Source of the DNA: an uncultured Verrucomicrobiae bacterium
Lineage (GTDB): Bacteria > Verrucomicrobiota > Verrucomicrobiia > Chthoniobacterales > JAFAMB01
Length of the DNA: 64,000 nt
Assembly: GCA_963762565.1 (NCBI GenBank)
Contig: CAVXLD010000005.1
Coordinates: 512,001 to 576,000, forward strand
Direction: 5' to 3'
The notes below the pieces were generated by a model. The model saw only the letters and a program-made list of their open reading frames with translations, had not been told where the DNA came from and did not search any database. This document shows, piece after piece, positions 1 through 10,279 of this stretch. The position numbers and the translations under genes were made by a program. Within the stretch, counting starts at the first letter, position 1. Every line of letters starts with the position of its first letter.

Positions 1-720
1 GACCTTGGAATCAAGCTTGAAAACGTTTCACTGGAAGATCTCGGCCGCGCGAAGCGGGTGACGATCGACAAGGAAAATACGACGATCGTTGAGGGCGAGG
101 GACCTGGCAAAGATATTCAGGGTCGGGTTAGCCAGATCCGGCGGCAGATCGAGGAAACCACTTCGGACTACGATCGCGAGAAATTGCAGGAGCGTTTGGC
201 CAAGCTCGCCGGTGGTGTTGCCGTTGTCAGTGTCGGCGCGGCCACGGAGACCGAAATGAAGGAGAAGAAGGCCCGCGTGGAAGATGCCTTGCATGCGACT
301 CGCGCAGCCGTCGAAGAGGGTGTCCTTCCCGGTGGCGGTGTAGCTTACCTTCGGACTCAAAAGGCGCTCGATAACCTAAAATTGGAAGGTGATGAGGCCG
401 TTGGCGTTCAGATCGTTCGCCGCGCACTTGAGTATCCGACGCGCCAGCTGGCTGACAACGCTGGCCAGGAAGGCGCTTTGATCGTCCAGGAAGTCAAGAA
501 GCGCAGCGGCAATGAAGGGTACAACGTGGCGACCGGCGAATACCAAGACTTGGTGAAGGCCGGTGTCGTCGATCCGACCAAGGTGGTCCGCACGGCGCTT
601 CAGAACGCCGCCTCGATCGCCAGTCTCATGCTCAGCACAGAAGTATTGCTGACAGAGTCGCCTGAGAAACAAAAATCGGGTGCGGCTGGTCCGGGCGGCA
701 TGGGCGAGATGGATTACTAA
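1..720 (+). CDS. groEL: Chaperonin GroEL, 3' part (5' end outside window)
   Basis: Open from base 1 (DLGIKLENV); [39 protein letters not shown] tail. Confidence 0.98.
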   Translation, partial: DLGIKLENVSLEDLGRAKRVTIDKENTTIVEGEGPGKDIQGRVSQIRRQIEETTSDYDREKLQERLAKLAGGVAVVSVGAATETEMKEKKARVEDALHATRAAVEEGVLPGGGVAYLRTQKALDNLKLEGDEAVGVQIVRRALEYPTRQLADNAGQEGALIVQEVKKRSGNEGYNVATGEYQDLVKAGVVDPTKVVRTALQNAASIASLMLSTEVLLTESPEKQKSGAAGPGGMGEMDY

Positions 721-880
721 GCTGCACCATTGCAAGCTCTGTCCCGGTTTTCCGACGGGAATGTGTACGCTTTTAGACGCTTAACGCTTCTAAAAGCGTA
801 TTGTCGTTTCGTTTTCTCCTTTAGGTAAGATCTTTATCCCTGGCTGTGCCTTAGAGCTACCGGCGCCGTTGACCGAATCG

Positions 881-1010
881 ATCATACCGTCCCGCTGGGA
901 CGGGGCGCATCTTTATACCCATCCCAGGCAGTAAACTGCCTTGGGCTACCATCATTTAGTCCCCGCCCGCAACGCTTCGCGTAGCGATGCGGGCCGGGCC
1001 TACGGGACAA
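881..1010. repeat. REP-like palindrome cluster with a nested hairpin
   Basis: Hairpins CCGTCCC-GCT-GGGACGG (887-903) and CCCAGGCAG-TAAA-CTGCCTTGGG (923-945), plus a GTCCC...CCTACGGGAC unit interrupted by a separate GC-rich palindrome (962-998). Confidence 0.7.
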
Positions 1011-1230
1011 ACAGCTTCGCCGCTGATTCGCAACCCAGCAAACACGGGGTTTTTCAACAGCCCGCTCTAGGGTTACGGTACGTGCTCGGCCCTGGGAACG
1101 GCGGATCGCGGGGACGCGATCCCTCCCGGCGCTGGGCGTAACCCAGATGCCGCGCGAAAAAGTAAAAACAAAACTTGTGCGCTCGGAAAACACAGCGCGA
1201 CAATACAGCGATAGAAAGGAAATAGATTTA

Positions 1231-2684
1231 ATGTTCGGGCCAAGAACACTCTTTGACAAAGTTTGGGAACAGCACATGATCGCCGAGCCTGAAGGCGAGC
1301 CCACCCTCATTTACATCGATTTGCACCTGGTGCACGAAGTCACCAGCCCACAGGCCTTTGACGGCCTGCGCATGACGGGGCGCAAGCTGCGCCGTCCTGA
1401 TCGCCACCTTGCAACGGTGGATCACAATGTGCCTACGACCAGCGCGCAAGATCGGCTCTTCATTGCAGACCAGATTTCGGCCGCCCAGGTCAACGCCCTT
1501 CGGAAGAACTGCGCTGAGTTCGGCGTGGAGTTTTTCGATGTGCAGGATAGATCCCAAGGGATTGTCCACATGATCGGGCCCGAGTTGGGAGCGACCAAAC
1601 CCGGTATGACCATTGTCTGCGGCGACTCCCACACTTCCACCCATGGAGCCTTCGGTGCTCTTGCATTCGGCATCGGCACCAGCGAGGTCGAGCACGTCAT
1701 GGCCACCCAGACTCTTTCGCAGGATAAGCCAAAGACTTTCCGTATCACGGTCAATGGTGACCTTCCGTTCGGTGTCGCCGCTAAGGACATCATCCTGGAG
1801 ATCATCGGTCAGATTGGCACCGACGGAGCTGCAGGCTATGTCGTTGAGTATGCAGGCTCAACTATCCGCGCCCTCTCCATGGAAGGTCGCATGACCATCT
1901 GCAACATGAGTATCGAGGCCGGTGCACGCGCCGGTATGATTGCTCCGGACGAGACCACGTTCACCTACCTCCGGGGTCGTCGTTTCTCGCCCAAGGATGG
2001 AGCGTGGGAGGAGGCACTCGCCTACTGGCGCACGCTCCCTTCCGATCCGGGCGCTACCTACGACCGCGAACTGAATATCGACGCAACCGTGCTGGCACCA
2101 CGTGTCACTTGGGGCACTTCCCCCGGCATGGTCACATCCATTGAGGCGAGGGTTCCGTCCATCGAAGACGCAAGGAACGAAGCTGAGCGCAGGTCCTTTG
2201 AACGCGCCCTTGAGTACATGGACCTCAAGCCCGGTATGGCGATGGAGGAAATCAAGGTCGACGCCGTCTTCCTGGGCTCCTGTACCAACGCCCGAATCGA
2301 AGATCTCCGCGCCGCCGCCGCCGTCGTCCGCGGCAACCACATCGCCACCACGGTGCGCGCCATGGTGGTTCCTGGTTCCCAGGCGGTTAAACGCCAAGCA
2401 GAAGAGGAAGGTCTCGACGCCGTCTTCAAAGCTGCCGGCTTCGAATGGCGAGAGCCCGGATGCAGTATGTGCCTTGGCATGAACCCGGACATCCTTGCAC
2501 CCGGCGAGCGTTGCGCGAGCACATCCAATCGCAACTTCGAGGGCCGCCAAGGGCGCGGCGGCAGAACCCATCTCGTCTCTCCGGAAATGGCCGCAGCCGC
2601 AGCGCTCACCGGTCACCTCACTGACATTCGCAAGTGGAAGCGGAGCCATCGCAACCGGAACTTGCGCAAGGAGGACCACGCTAA
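1231..2684 (+). CDS. leuC: 3-isopropylmalate dehydratase large subunit. As sequenced it reads through to 2865; a 1-nt indel near 2645-2680 would restore a TAA at 2682-2684 overlapping the leuD ATG
   Basis: [65 protein letters not shown] upstream of ATG 1231. Confidence 0.95.
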
Positions 2685-3319
2685 TGCAGCCTATCAACAT
2701 CATCCGCTCCAAAGCCGTCCCGCTGCCGCTGCCCAATATCGATACGGACCAGATAATCCCGAAGCAGTTTCTCAAGCGCATCGAGCGCACCGGCTATGGC
2801 GACTTTCTCTTCTTCGACTGGCGCCGCATTCAGGAAGGGCCCCACACAGGCGAGCCCAATCCTGACTTCGTTCTCAACCGGCCGGAGTACCAGGGCGCCG
2901 AGATCCTCATCGCAGAGAAGAACTTCGCCTGCGGGTCCTCTCGCGAGCACGCGGCCTGGGCTCTGCGTCAGTATGGTTTCCTCGTGGTCATCGCACCAAC
3001 TTTTGCCGATATCTTCTCCTCCAATGCCGGTAAGAATGGCATTGTCCTCGTCCGCCTCTCGGAAGAACAGGTGCAGACACTGATTTCCCGCTCAACCGCT
3101 AAACCAGAGCGTCAGCTGACTGTTAGTCTCGAGGATCAGATCGTCACCGACACCGATGGGTTTAGCGCCCACTTCGACATTGATCCCTTCCGCAAATATT
3201 GTCTGCTGAACGGCCTCGACGACATCGGTCTTACCTTACGGCACGAGCACGAACTCGACACCTTTGAATCGAAGCACGATAAAGACTTTTGGTTCCTACC
3301 GAAAACAGGAAACGGATAG
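2684..3319 (+). CDS. leuD: 3-isopropylmalate dehydratase small subunit
   Basis: [48 protein letters not shown] upstream of ATG. Confidence 0.96.
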   Translation: MQPINIIRSKAVPLPLPNIDTDQIIPKQFLKRIERTGYGDFLFFDWRRIQEGPHTGEPNPDFVLNRPEYQGAEILIAEKNFACGSSREHAAWALRQYGFLVVIAPTFADIFSSNAGKNGIVLVRLSEEQVQTLISRSTAKPERQLTVSLEDQIVTDTDGFSAHFDIDPFRKYCLLNGLDDIGLTLRHEHELDTFESKHDKDFWFLPKTGNG

Positions 3320-3323
3320 GCGC

Positions 3324-3551
3324 TTACTGAATCGTCCAGAGCGGAAACGGTTGCCCTGCTTTTAGGTGAGGATCTTCGTCGTAAACAAGATCAATCACAC
3401 CGTTGTGCGTGAAACCCGTGAACGGTTTGTTTTCTCCGAACTTTAAGGTGTAGAATGAGCCTCGATACCTCGGAAACCCGATTCGAACGATTACACGATA
3501 CCGGCCGCCTAGGTTATCGACAGCGACGACTTTTGCACCAATGGCGGTCAT
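3324..3551 (-). CDS. Small hypothetical protein (75 aa, beta-rich)
   Basis: Clean ATG ORF with protein-like composition, preceded by a copy of the 38-bp motif. Confidence 0.6.
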   Translation of the reverse strand: MTAIGAKVVAVDNLGGRYRVIVRIGFPRYRGSFYTLKFGENKPFTGFTHNGVIDLVYDEDPHLKAGQPFPLWTIQ

Positions 3552-3641
3552 TTTTGATACTTCTAGGTCGTAGCCTCAGTCGAGTGAGGGATCCGGCATA
3601 GGAGTCACGGTGAGTCTCACCCGGTGCAATCGCTAGCACGC

Positions 3642-3679
3642 ATACTCTTTTTGACGCGTTACCGTTGTCTTTGCGTATG
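3642..3679 (-). promoter_or_regulatory. 38-bp LysR-like operator copy
   Basis: Minus strand CATAC GCAAAGACA ACGGTAAC GCGTCAAAAAGA GTAT. Confidence 0.7.
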
Positions 3680-4315
3680 ACAAAAGCTGTCAGGAACAAA
3701 AAACTAGATCCCCCTGGTAACGCTTCGCTTGATGAGCTTCTGGGCTCAGTCAGTTAGTCGTCCAAAGCGGCAGGAGAGAGAGTCGGGGACACTCGCCTCT
3801 GACGCCGGCGAAGTCGAGCCCGATTCGATAGTTGGCGACGGTTGGCTGAAAACGTGCTAGATTCGGTCAGTTCTAGAATCTCGATTCTACGCGGTTCTCT
3901 TAAAAGCTGCACACGTGGCCAAGCGTTAAATCCACGCCGATCGAAATCCTCGGGAACCGAAAGAGAGGAAACTATATGATAGCAAGGCAGAGAGGAGAGG
4001 GTGCGCATCTGTTAGATGCGTTATGGCTCCGTACGTTAGGTGACCTTCCCAATCTCAGAAGGCTCGGCTTTCAGTGCCGGAGCATCGGCCAGAAGATTGC
4101 GGAACACGAGATTTCGGAAATGATTCAGTATTTAGAAGAGAGCAAGACAAAAAGAAAAAATGACAGGAGCTGGGAAGCCAGTGTCCTGTCCGGTAAATAA
4201 CATAGCTTTAGTCGGGCCACTGCCGGATCAGTTGGTACCGCGGCTGTCGGACCCAGCGCTCGCGCGGGGATCCCGACGTCGCCAGGCTTTGAGGGTGGTT
4301 AGCGCTCGAACAAGG

Positions 4316-4528
4316 CTATCGTATGTTTTTTCGCTTCGATTTCAGCGACATAGTGAGAAGGACCCCAAGCGCGAATCCAGCTGCGGCGGAGATGAAAATC
4401 AAAACGGCGTGGGGCATTGCGACGGTTGTATTCAGTAGATGCGTTTCTACCGGCTCCGTGTTTTGGATGACGAGGATTGCTACCAAAATGGCCAAGACTG
4501 ATGCAGCGATGATCTTTAGGTTGCGCAT
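4316..4528 (-). CDS. LapA/DUF1049-family small membrane protein
   Basis: MRNLKIIAASVLAILVAILVIQNTEPVETHLL, second TM helix, basic tail. Confidence 0.8.
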   Translation of the reverse strand: MRNLKIIAASVLAILVAILVIQNTEPVETHLLNTTVAMPHAVLIFISAAAGFALGVLLTMSLKSKRKNIR

Positions 4529-4725
4529 GGGGTTATGATCGATGACTTGAAGCGACCGCGCCAAACGGAAAAATTGTAACCTTGGAGTTCCATAGCAACC
4601 CTTACTCCGAATTACGTCACCGGCATAGCCATAGCGATGGGTGCCGGTCTCTGCTTCGGTACGATCGCACAAGCAGATGATCTTCAATCTACTGCTCGGC
4701 TGGCCCGCCCGAGAGTGTTCTTCGT

Positions 4726-4769
4726 CAGACTCAAAGGCAACAGTAACTCATCGATAACAGTATAGGAGA
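4726..4769 (+). promoter_or_regulatory. 38-bp LysR-like operator copy followed by AGGAGA
   Basis: CAGAC TCAAAGGCA ACAGTAAC TCATCGATAACA GTAT AGGAGA. Confidence 0.7.
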
Positions 4770-4798
4770 AGTTGACGCAGCGGGTCGACCCTAGCTGT

Positions 4799-4945
4799 GT
4801 GCTTTGGACAATAGCCATTATTTTAATTGTGCTCTGGGCCTTAGGCCTATTCACTCACGTTGCAGGCGGACTGATTCACGTACTCTTAGTCATCGCCATC
4901 ATTGTGATCGTGGTCAACCTGGTCCGCGGGCGTCGAATACTGTGA
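4799..4945 (+). CDS. lmo0937-family small membrane protein (48 aa, below the ORF-track cutoff)
   Basis: Manual translation MLWTIAIILIVLWALGLFTHVAGGLIHVLLVIAIIVIVVNLVRGRRIL. Confidence 0.85.
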   Translation: MLWTIAIILIVLWALGLFTHVAGGLIHVLLVIAIIVIVVNLVRGRRIL

Positions 4946-5022
4946 CTGATTGAACTGCGCGCTTCTACATCTTCCAAGCTTGGAGGCGGCAGTGAACCTG
5001 ATCCTCGGAGATCCGGTAGTCG

Positions 5023-6843
5023 ATGCCAAACAACTTAGTGTCTGAAAAGCCGATCGAACTGGGGAGGTTAATCCAGGTAGCATACCTGGTTGTCATTCTC
5101 TCGGCCTTGGCTTGGGCCAAGGAGCTATTGCTGCCCCTAATTCTAGCAATTCTGATCAGCTTTTTGTTAGCGCCCGTTGTGTCTCGCCTGGAACGTTGGA
5201 GGTTTCCTCGCGCAGTGGCCGTTCTTAGCGTCGTCGCCATTGGCTTCGCCCTGATCGGAGGCCTCTGCTCGACGCTTTCATTAGAGGGTCTGGATCTGGT
5301 TAACTCTCTGCCCAAGTACCGAGATAATATTCATGCCAGATGGGCGGCCATTCAGCGGGGGCCGCCTGGCCCACTCAATCTGGCACTTAGCAATGTTAAC
5401 GCGCTGATTACCGATCTAGGTAAAGTGACGGCATCCAAAGGCGTTCAACAGCCGGAGGTAACCAAGGTTCAGATTGTTAGCGGTGCCGACAATGTCCTTG
5501 CAATTGTGAAGAATAGCTTGACGCCGGTGGCGGGTCCGATCGGAGAATTCGCTTTGATCGTCGTGCTCGTGGTTTTTATGCTTTTAGAGCGAAACCGACT
5601 CCGCCTTCGGTTTCTTCGTTTGATTGGACACTCGCGGGTGGCGACGACCAACCTGGCTGTGGATGAGGTCGGATCCAAACTAAGCCGTTTTCTATTGGGT
5701 CAGTTGCTGGTGAACACTGGATATGCCTTGCTGCTTGGGCTTGGGCTTTTTCTGATCGGTATACCGAACGCGCTGCTCTGGGCAGTTCTGACGCTGATAT
5801 TGCGGTTTTTGCCTTACGTCGGTCTCTGGATATCTGCGTTTTTTCCTTTGCTATTATCTATTGCCATTTCCACAGGCTGGAAGGAGCCGATACTGACTCT
5901 GGCTCTCTATGGGTCTCTGGAAGTACTGACTAACAATTTTGTAGAACCTTTTGTCTTAGGCCATAGCACCGGAATGTCACCACTGGCCATAATCGTATCC
6001 GCCTTATTCTGGACGTGGCTTTGGGGGCCGATCGGTTTGTTGCTCGCCACACCCCTCACCGCTTGCCTGGTAGTGTTAGGTCGCTATTTTCCGGCATTCA
6101 ATGTCTGCAGTGTCTTGTTAGCGGCAGAGCCACCCTCCTCATCGGAAACACAATTCATTCTTCTCCTTACGGAAAACCGCCTTTCAGAGGCCAAAGCACT
6201 CCTGCAGGCATTGGGAGGGATGCAACTTTCAGTAGGAATCGCCGAAGGACTCATTTTGCCGACGCTCCGGGCGATTGAAAACGATCTCTATCCGAGAACT
6301 AATGAAACAAAATCTCGGATTTATGCGCAGCTGCGCGAACTGATTGAGGAAATGAGTGTCGAGGGCTCAACGGAATTGGAGCCGGCGCCGGAGCCATCAA
6401 CGCCTAAGCAGTCCGGAACGGCGATTGTGCCGTTCATGGGCGAAGGTGACGAAATTGTGGGGAGAGTTATCGCGCGCTTGCTGGCTGCTAAAGGGATCGA
6501 CTCGGATTTGTTATCCTGGCGAACTCTTCGGGCGGAGAAGGTGGAACGTCTGAAGGAATTAAGACCCCTTTGGATTTTGCTCTCCGCGATTGAGTCAAGA
6601 TCGGTACTTACTGTTGGTAGAATGGCGAGTTCCATTAAGCGTGAGCTACCCGATGCTCTGATTCTTGTCGGCCTTTGGAGCCTGCCAACTGAAGGCGCCG
6701 CGCGATGGGTAAAAAGAATCAAGAGGTCTTCCGGAAGCACTCTTTACACGAATATCGATCAGACAGTTGAAGGGATTGCTTCCCGCGTTCCTCAAGTGAG
6801 TGATAAGCTCCCGATCGGCCCGGAAAACACGACACAAGAGTGA
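5023..6843 (+). CDS. AI-2E family transporter with C-terminal soluble extension
   Basis: Multiple TM helices; ILRFLPYVG, NNFVEPFVLGHSTGMSPL, FWTWLWGPIGLLLATPLT. Confidence 0.9.
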   Translation: MPNNLVSEKPIELGRLIQVAYLVVILSALAWAKELLLPLILAILISFLLAPVVSRLERWRFPRAVAVLSVVAIGFALIGGLCSTLSLEGLDLVNSLPKYRDNIHARWAAIQRGPPGPLNLALSNVNALITDLGKVTASKGVQQPEVTKVQIVSGADNVLAIVKNSLTPVAGPIGEFALIVVLVVFMLLERNRLRLRFLRLIGHSRVATTNLAVDEVGSKLSRFLLGQLLVNTGYALLLGLGLFLIGIPNALLWAVLTLILRFLPYVGLWISAFFPLLLSIAISTGWKEPILTLALYGSLEVLTNNFVEPFVLGHSTGMSPLAIIVSALFWTWLWGPIGLLLATPLTACLVVLGRYFPAFNVCSVLLAAEPPSSSETQFILLLTENRLSEAKALLQALGGMQLSVGIAEGLILPTLRAIENDLYPRTNETKSRIYAQLRELIEEMSVEGSTELEPAPEPSTPKQSGTAIVPFMGEGDEIVGRVIARLLAAKGIDSDLLSWRTLRAEKVERLKELRPLWILLSAIESRSVLTVGRMASSIKRELPDALILVGLWSLPTEGAARWVKRIKRSSGSTLYTNIDQTVEGIASRVPQVSDKLPIGPENTTQE

Positions 6844-6858
6844 TCGAATTTCACTCGG

Positions 6859-6930
6859 CTAAGAGATTTTGGATTGGATCATCGCTTTTTGTTCTCGGGC
6901 GATATCTTCGAGCGTGACAATACCGACCAT
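6859..6930 (-). pseudogene. Possible CBS-domain C-terminal remnant
   Basis: MVGIVTLEDIAR resembles the CBS motif LVGIVSLxDI; only about 24 codons. Confidence 0.3.
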
Positions 6931-7066
6931 TCGCTTTTCACGAGTTCGATTGCTTTCCGTTATTAACAAGGTATGATCCGTATGAGGATCTTTCTGTTGC
7001 TCGGGTGATTCAGGGAATTCTGGACGAAGCGATGGCCTAAGCTCGGGCGGACAGGCCTGAGCACTA

Positions 7067-7969
7067 ATGAAACTTCGCCACCTGGAATACTTTGTCGCTG
7101 CTGCTGAAGAGCTGAATTTTACCCACGCGGCCGGTCGACTACACGTGTCGCAACCTCCCTTCAGCAAACAAATCCAGGATCTCGAGGGCGAGCTCGGAGT
7201 CAACCTGTTCCAGCGAGAACGCAAGGGGGTGGCGCTCACCGCGGCTGGAAAAGCATTTTTGATTGACGCGCGCGGGATCTTGGAATCCTGCGATCTGGCA
7301 GTGAAAAAAGCCCAACGCATCAATCGAGGAGAGCTGGGAGAGTTGACGGTCGGTCATATGGCGGCTCTGACCTATGATTTTCTCGGGCAAACCCTTGAGC
7401 GTTGGCAGAAGGTTTCGCCCGGAATCGTCGTTGACTGTGTAGAGATGGACCCGGAAACCCAAGAACGTGCGCTGCTAGACGGGCGCATCGCGGTGGGCAT
7501 CTTAGTCCTACTCAGCGATCGGCCGATCCTAGAATTGTTGAGAGTTCAGCAGCTGGTCCAGCATCCAGTCACGGTCGCATTGCCAAAATCCCACCCGCAA
7601 GCGGTCCTGCCGGACATCCCTTTGCCGGTCCTCAAAGAGGAACCTTTCATTGGGTTAAATAGAATGTACCCCGCGTACGGCAGTTGGCTGCAGACCGTCT
7701 GCCAACAAGGAGGGTTCAAACCACGCATTGTGAGGGAAGCAGACGGGGCGGCCAGTGCGCTCGCTATGGTTGCGGCTGGCTTTGGTGTCGCCTTGGTCAG
7801 CGAGCCAATCAAAAAGTTTCCGGCTAGACAGGTTGTTTTTAAAGATCTGGTGGCGCCAAAACCTGTAAAAATACCGCTCGGGGCTGTGTGGAAGAAAAAC
7901 GGGCTCTATTCAGAAGTCGTCTCTAAGTTCGTGGCCACTTTGAGCCAAGTCTGCGCCGCGATTGCCTGA
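7067..7969 (+). CDS. LysR-family transcriptional regulator (BenM/CatR/AlsR-like)
   Basis: MKLRHLEYFVAAAEELNFTHAAGRLHVSQPPFSKQIQDLE HTH; 300 aa. Confidence 0.96.
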   Translation: MKLRHLEYFVAAAEELNFTHAAGRLHVSQPPFSKQIQDLEGELGVNLFQRERKGVALTAAGKAFLIDARGILESCDLAVKKAQRINRGELGELTVGHMAALTYDFLGQTLERWQKVSPGIVVDCVEMDPETQERALLDGRIAVGILVLLSDRPILELLRVQQLVQHPVTVALPKSHPQAVLPDIPLPVLKEEPFIGLNRMYPAYGSWLQTVCQQGGFKPRIVREADGAASALAMVAAGFGVALVSEPIKKFPARQVVFKDLVAPKPVKIPLGAVWKKNGLYSEVVSKFVATLSQVCAAIA

Positions 7970-8064
7970 GTGGAACAGGTTCAGGGCGGGTATGGCTGAT
8001 TCACCTCCGTCTGCGCGGGTTAGATCTTTCCGATTCTGGTTTCGGTCGGGTGCTCGACTTTTGC

Positions 8065-8108
8065 CATACGCTAAAGCCACAGCAACGCTTCGAGAGCGGT
8101 ATAGGAGA
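8065..8108 (+). promoter_or_regulatory. 38-bp LysR-like operator copy followed by AGGAGA
   Basis: CATAC GCTAAAGCC ACAGCAAC GCTTCGAGAGCG GTAT AGGAGA. Confidence 0.75.
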
Positions 8109-8201
8109 TGCGCATGAATGAGGGCGAGGTTCATAATGCCGGGCAACCGATAGCGGCACTCGGATCTATCTCCGAACTGATTCTCAGCCAAAGGCACATC
8201 T

Positions 8202-8921
8202 ATGTTACGAAGCGTTAAACAGCTCTACGGGAAAGCACTCGGCACGGCTGAAGGTGAAATCGGCCATGTGAAGGACTTCTATTTTAATGATCAACACTGG
8301 GTGGTTCGGTATGTCATCGCGAACACGGGTTCCTGCCTATCAGGGCGAACAGTGCTGATCTCTCCCCATGCCTTCGGTGACTTTCATCAGGACGGCGATT
8401 GCCTGCTCGTTAATCTGACTCGAGAACAGATTAAAAACAGCCCGGCCATTGATTCGCACAAGCCAGTCTCGCGACAATATGAAGAGGAGTATTACCGTTA
8501 TTATGGATGGCCGTTCTACTGGGAGGGATGCGGCATGTGGGGCGCGGGCGGGGCTCCATCGAGCTATCTAATGCCGCGTGAGGAAGAAATCGGCGGTAAC
8601 GACCACGATCGCGACGATCCTCATCTGCGAAGCACACAAGCTCTTAGCGGCTACCACATCGAAACCAGCGAAGGAGCGATTGGTCGCGTCACTGATTTTA
8701 TGATGGATGAGAAGAGCTGGGAGATTCGGCACCTGGTCGTCGAGACCGGCCATTGGTTTTCCGGCAAAGAGATCGCAATCTCACCGAAACAGATTGACCG
8801 CATCAGCTTCGAAGAATCCAAGGTGTTTGTGAAGGTAACCAAGGAAGCCATCCTGGAATCACCGGAGTACCACGTACCCCGGCTGGCCGCCGCGTATCAC
8901 GATACGCGAAATTTCGATTAA
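8202..8921 (+). CDS. Tandem PRC-barrel domain protein
   Basis: GEIGHVKDFYFNDQHWVVRY and GAIGRVTDFMMDEKSWEIRHLVV repeats; YYGWPFYW; DPHLRS. Confidence 0.9.
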   Translation: MLRSVKQLYGKALGTAEGEIGHVKDFYFNDQHWVVRYVIANTGSCLSGRTVLISPHAFGDFHQDGDCLLVNLTREQIKNSPAIDSHKPVSRQYEEEYYRYYGWPFYWEGCGMWGAGGAPSSYLMPREEEIGGNDHDRDDPHLRSTQALSGYHIETSEGAIGRVTDFMMDEKSWEIRHLVVETGHWFSGKEIAISPKQIDRISFEESKVFVKVTKEAILESPEYHVPRLAAAYHDTRNFD

Positions 8922-8961
8922 GCAATTCTAACAGACTAAGCATCGGACCGGGCGATCAGAT

Positions 8962-9080
8962 TCTCCTATACTGTTGTCGACGCGTTACCGTTTCGTTTAA
9001 GTGTGGGAAAGAACTGTTCGTCGGCCGGATTGTCAGCATACCAAAGAGCAATCAGAACACTTCGAAAAGGGTATAAGAGA
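8962..9080. promoter_or_regulatory. Back-to-back pair of 38-bp operator copies (8968-9005 minus, 9037-9074 plus)
   Basis: Minus CACAC TTAAACGAA ACGGTAAC GCGTCGACAACA GTAT AGGAGA; plus CATAC CAAAGAGCA ATCAGAAC ACTTCGAAAAGG GTAT AAGAGA. Confidence 0.7.
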
Positions 9081-9275
9081 AGCTCAAGACTCGGAGTAGG
9101 TTTTGTTGCGCATTTGGGCGGGGACAAGTGGGACTTAGGCAAGGCTCGCGCAGCGAACTCTTCGCTAACGAGGGGAAAGACTTTGCTCGCGACGGAGGTT
9201 TACCTCGCTCGGAGCAGATGAACGCTGGTGCTGCGCAACAAAACAGCTCCGATCGAGGGGCAAACTACGGAGATA

Positions 9276-10205
9276 ATGGAAGTGAACCAAAACAGGCCTC
9301 TTACAACGCTAATCTTTATTGTTATTGTGGGCGTCGGCGCAGCATTGGCCTACGCCATGCACATAATCGGCGCCGACTTGGGAGCCGCCGGGATTGGATT
9401 CGGCGCTCTTATACTGGCCCTGGTCGCTGCTTCCGCGATTCGGGTTGCTAATCAATGGGATAGGGCCGTGATATTGCGTCTGGGCAAATTCCACTCACTT
9501 AAGGGGCCGGGACTGTTCTTTATGATTCCCGTCGTCGATGTGATTCCTTATCGGATCGACACGCGTGTCATCACGACTGGTTTCAAGGCGGAAAAGACTC
9601 TGACCAAGGACACGGTGCCAGTGGACGTCGACGCCGTGCTGTTTTGGAAAGTGTTGGACCCAAAGAAGGCGGCGCTGGATGTAGCAGACTATCAAAGCGC
9701 GATAAGTTGGGCCTCCCAAACCGCCCTGCGCGATGTGATCGGTAAGACAATGCTTTCGGACATGCTGGAAGGTCGGGACAAAATTAGCGGCGTGTTGCAG
9801 AAGATCATTGATGAGCGCACCGAACCATGGGGCATCAATGTGATTTCAGTTGAGGTGAAGGATGTCTTGATCCCCTCAGCCTTGGAGAATGCGATGTCGA
9901 TGCAGGCCCAAGCGGAAAGAGAGCGTCAGGCCCGAGTGATTCTGGGTGACTCAGAGCGACAGGTGGCGGAGAAGTTTGCCGAAGCTGGCAAGACCTACGA
10001 ACACAATCCGGTGGCCTTCCATTTGCGGGCCATGAACATGCTTTATGAGGGTTTGAAGCAGAATTCCACGATCGTAATCGTTCCAAGTACCGCCGTAGAA
10101 AGCATGCAACTCGGGGGGCTTGCCGGGTTAACCGCGCTGACCATGGGATTAGGCCAGGAACGCGCCAACGGACAGAAGGAAGCCGAACTCAAGAGAGAAA
10201 CATGA
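9276..10205 (+). CDS. SPFH/stomatin (slipin) family protein
   Basis: RAVILRLGK, LTKDTVPVDVDAV, QTALRDVIG, QAQAERERQAR; start could instead be GTG 9228. Confidence 0.93.
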   Translation: MEVNQNRPLTTLIFIVIVGVGAALAYAMHIIGADLGAAGIGFGALILALVAASAIRVANQWDRAVILRLGKFHSLKGPGLFFMIPVVDVIPYRIDTRVITTGFKAEKTLTKDTVPVDVDAVLFWKVLDPKKAALDVADYQSAISWASQTALRDVIGKTMLSDMLEGRDKISGVLQKIIDERTEPWGINVISVEVKDVLIPSALENAMSMQAQAERERQARVILGDSERQVAEKFAEAGKTYEHNPVAFHLRAMNMLYEGLKQNSTIVIVPSTAVESMQLGGLAGLTALTMGLGQERANGQKEAELKRET

Positions 10206-10279
10206 TCTAAACGGATATCTGTGAAATTAACTTTCAATACTAACCAAAGACGGATTGCAGAATGAGGAAGGATTGATCC

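Noticed and set aside
764..801. Simple rho-independent terminator of groEL
   Set aside because: AT-rich stem with a long loop and no immediate U-tract. The spacing fits the 38-bp operator, so it is left unresolved rather than called a terminator.
2640..2865. LeuC C-terminal extension overlapping leuD
   Set aside because: A TAATG junction sits at 2682-2686 one base out of frame, which points to an indel artefact.
3700..4310. Short ORFs at 3754-4008, 3976-4200 and 4160-4438
   Set aside because: No recognisable motifs and mutually overlapping; probably decayed sequence.
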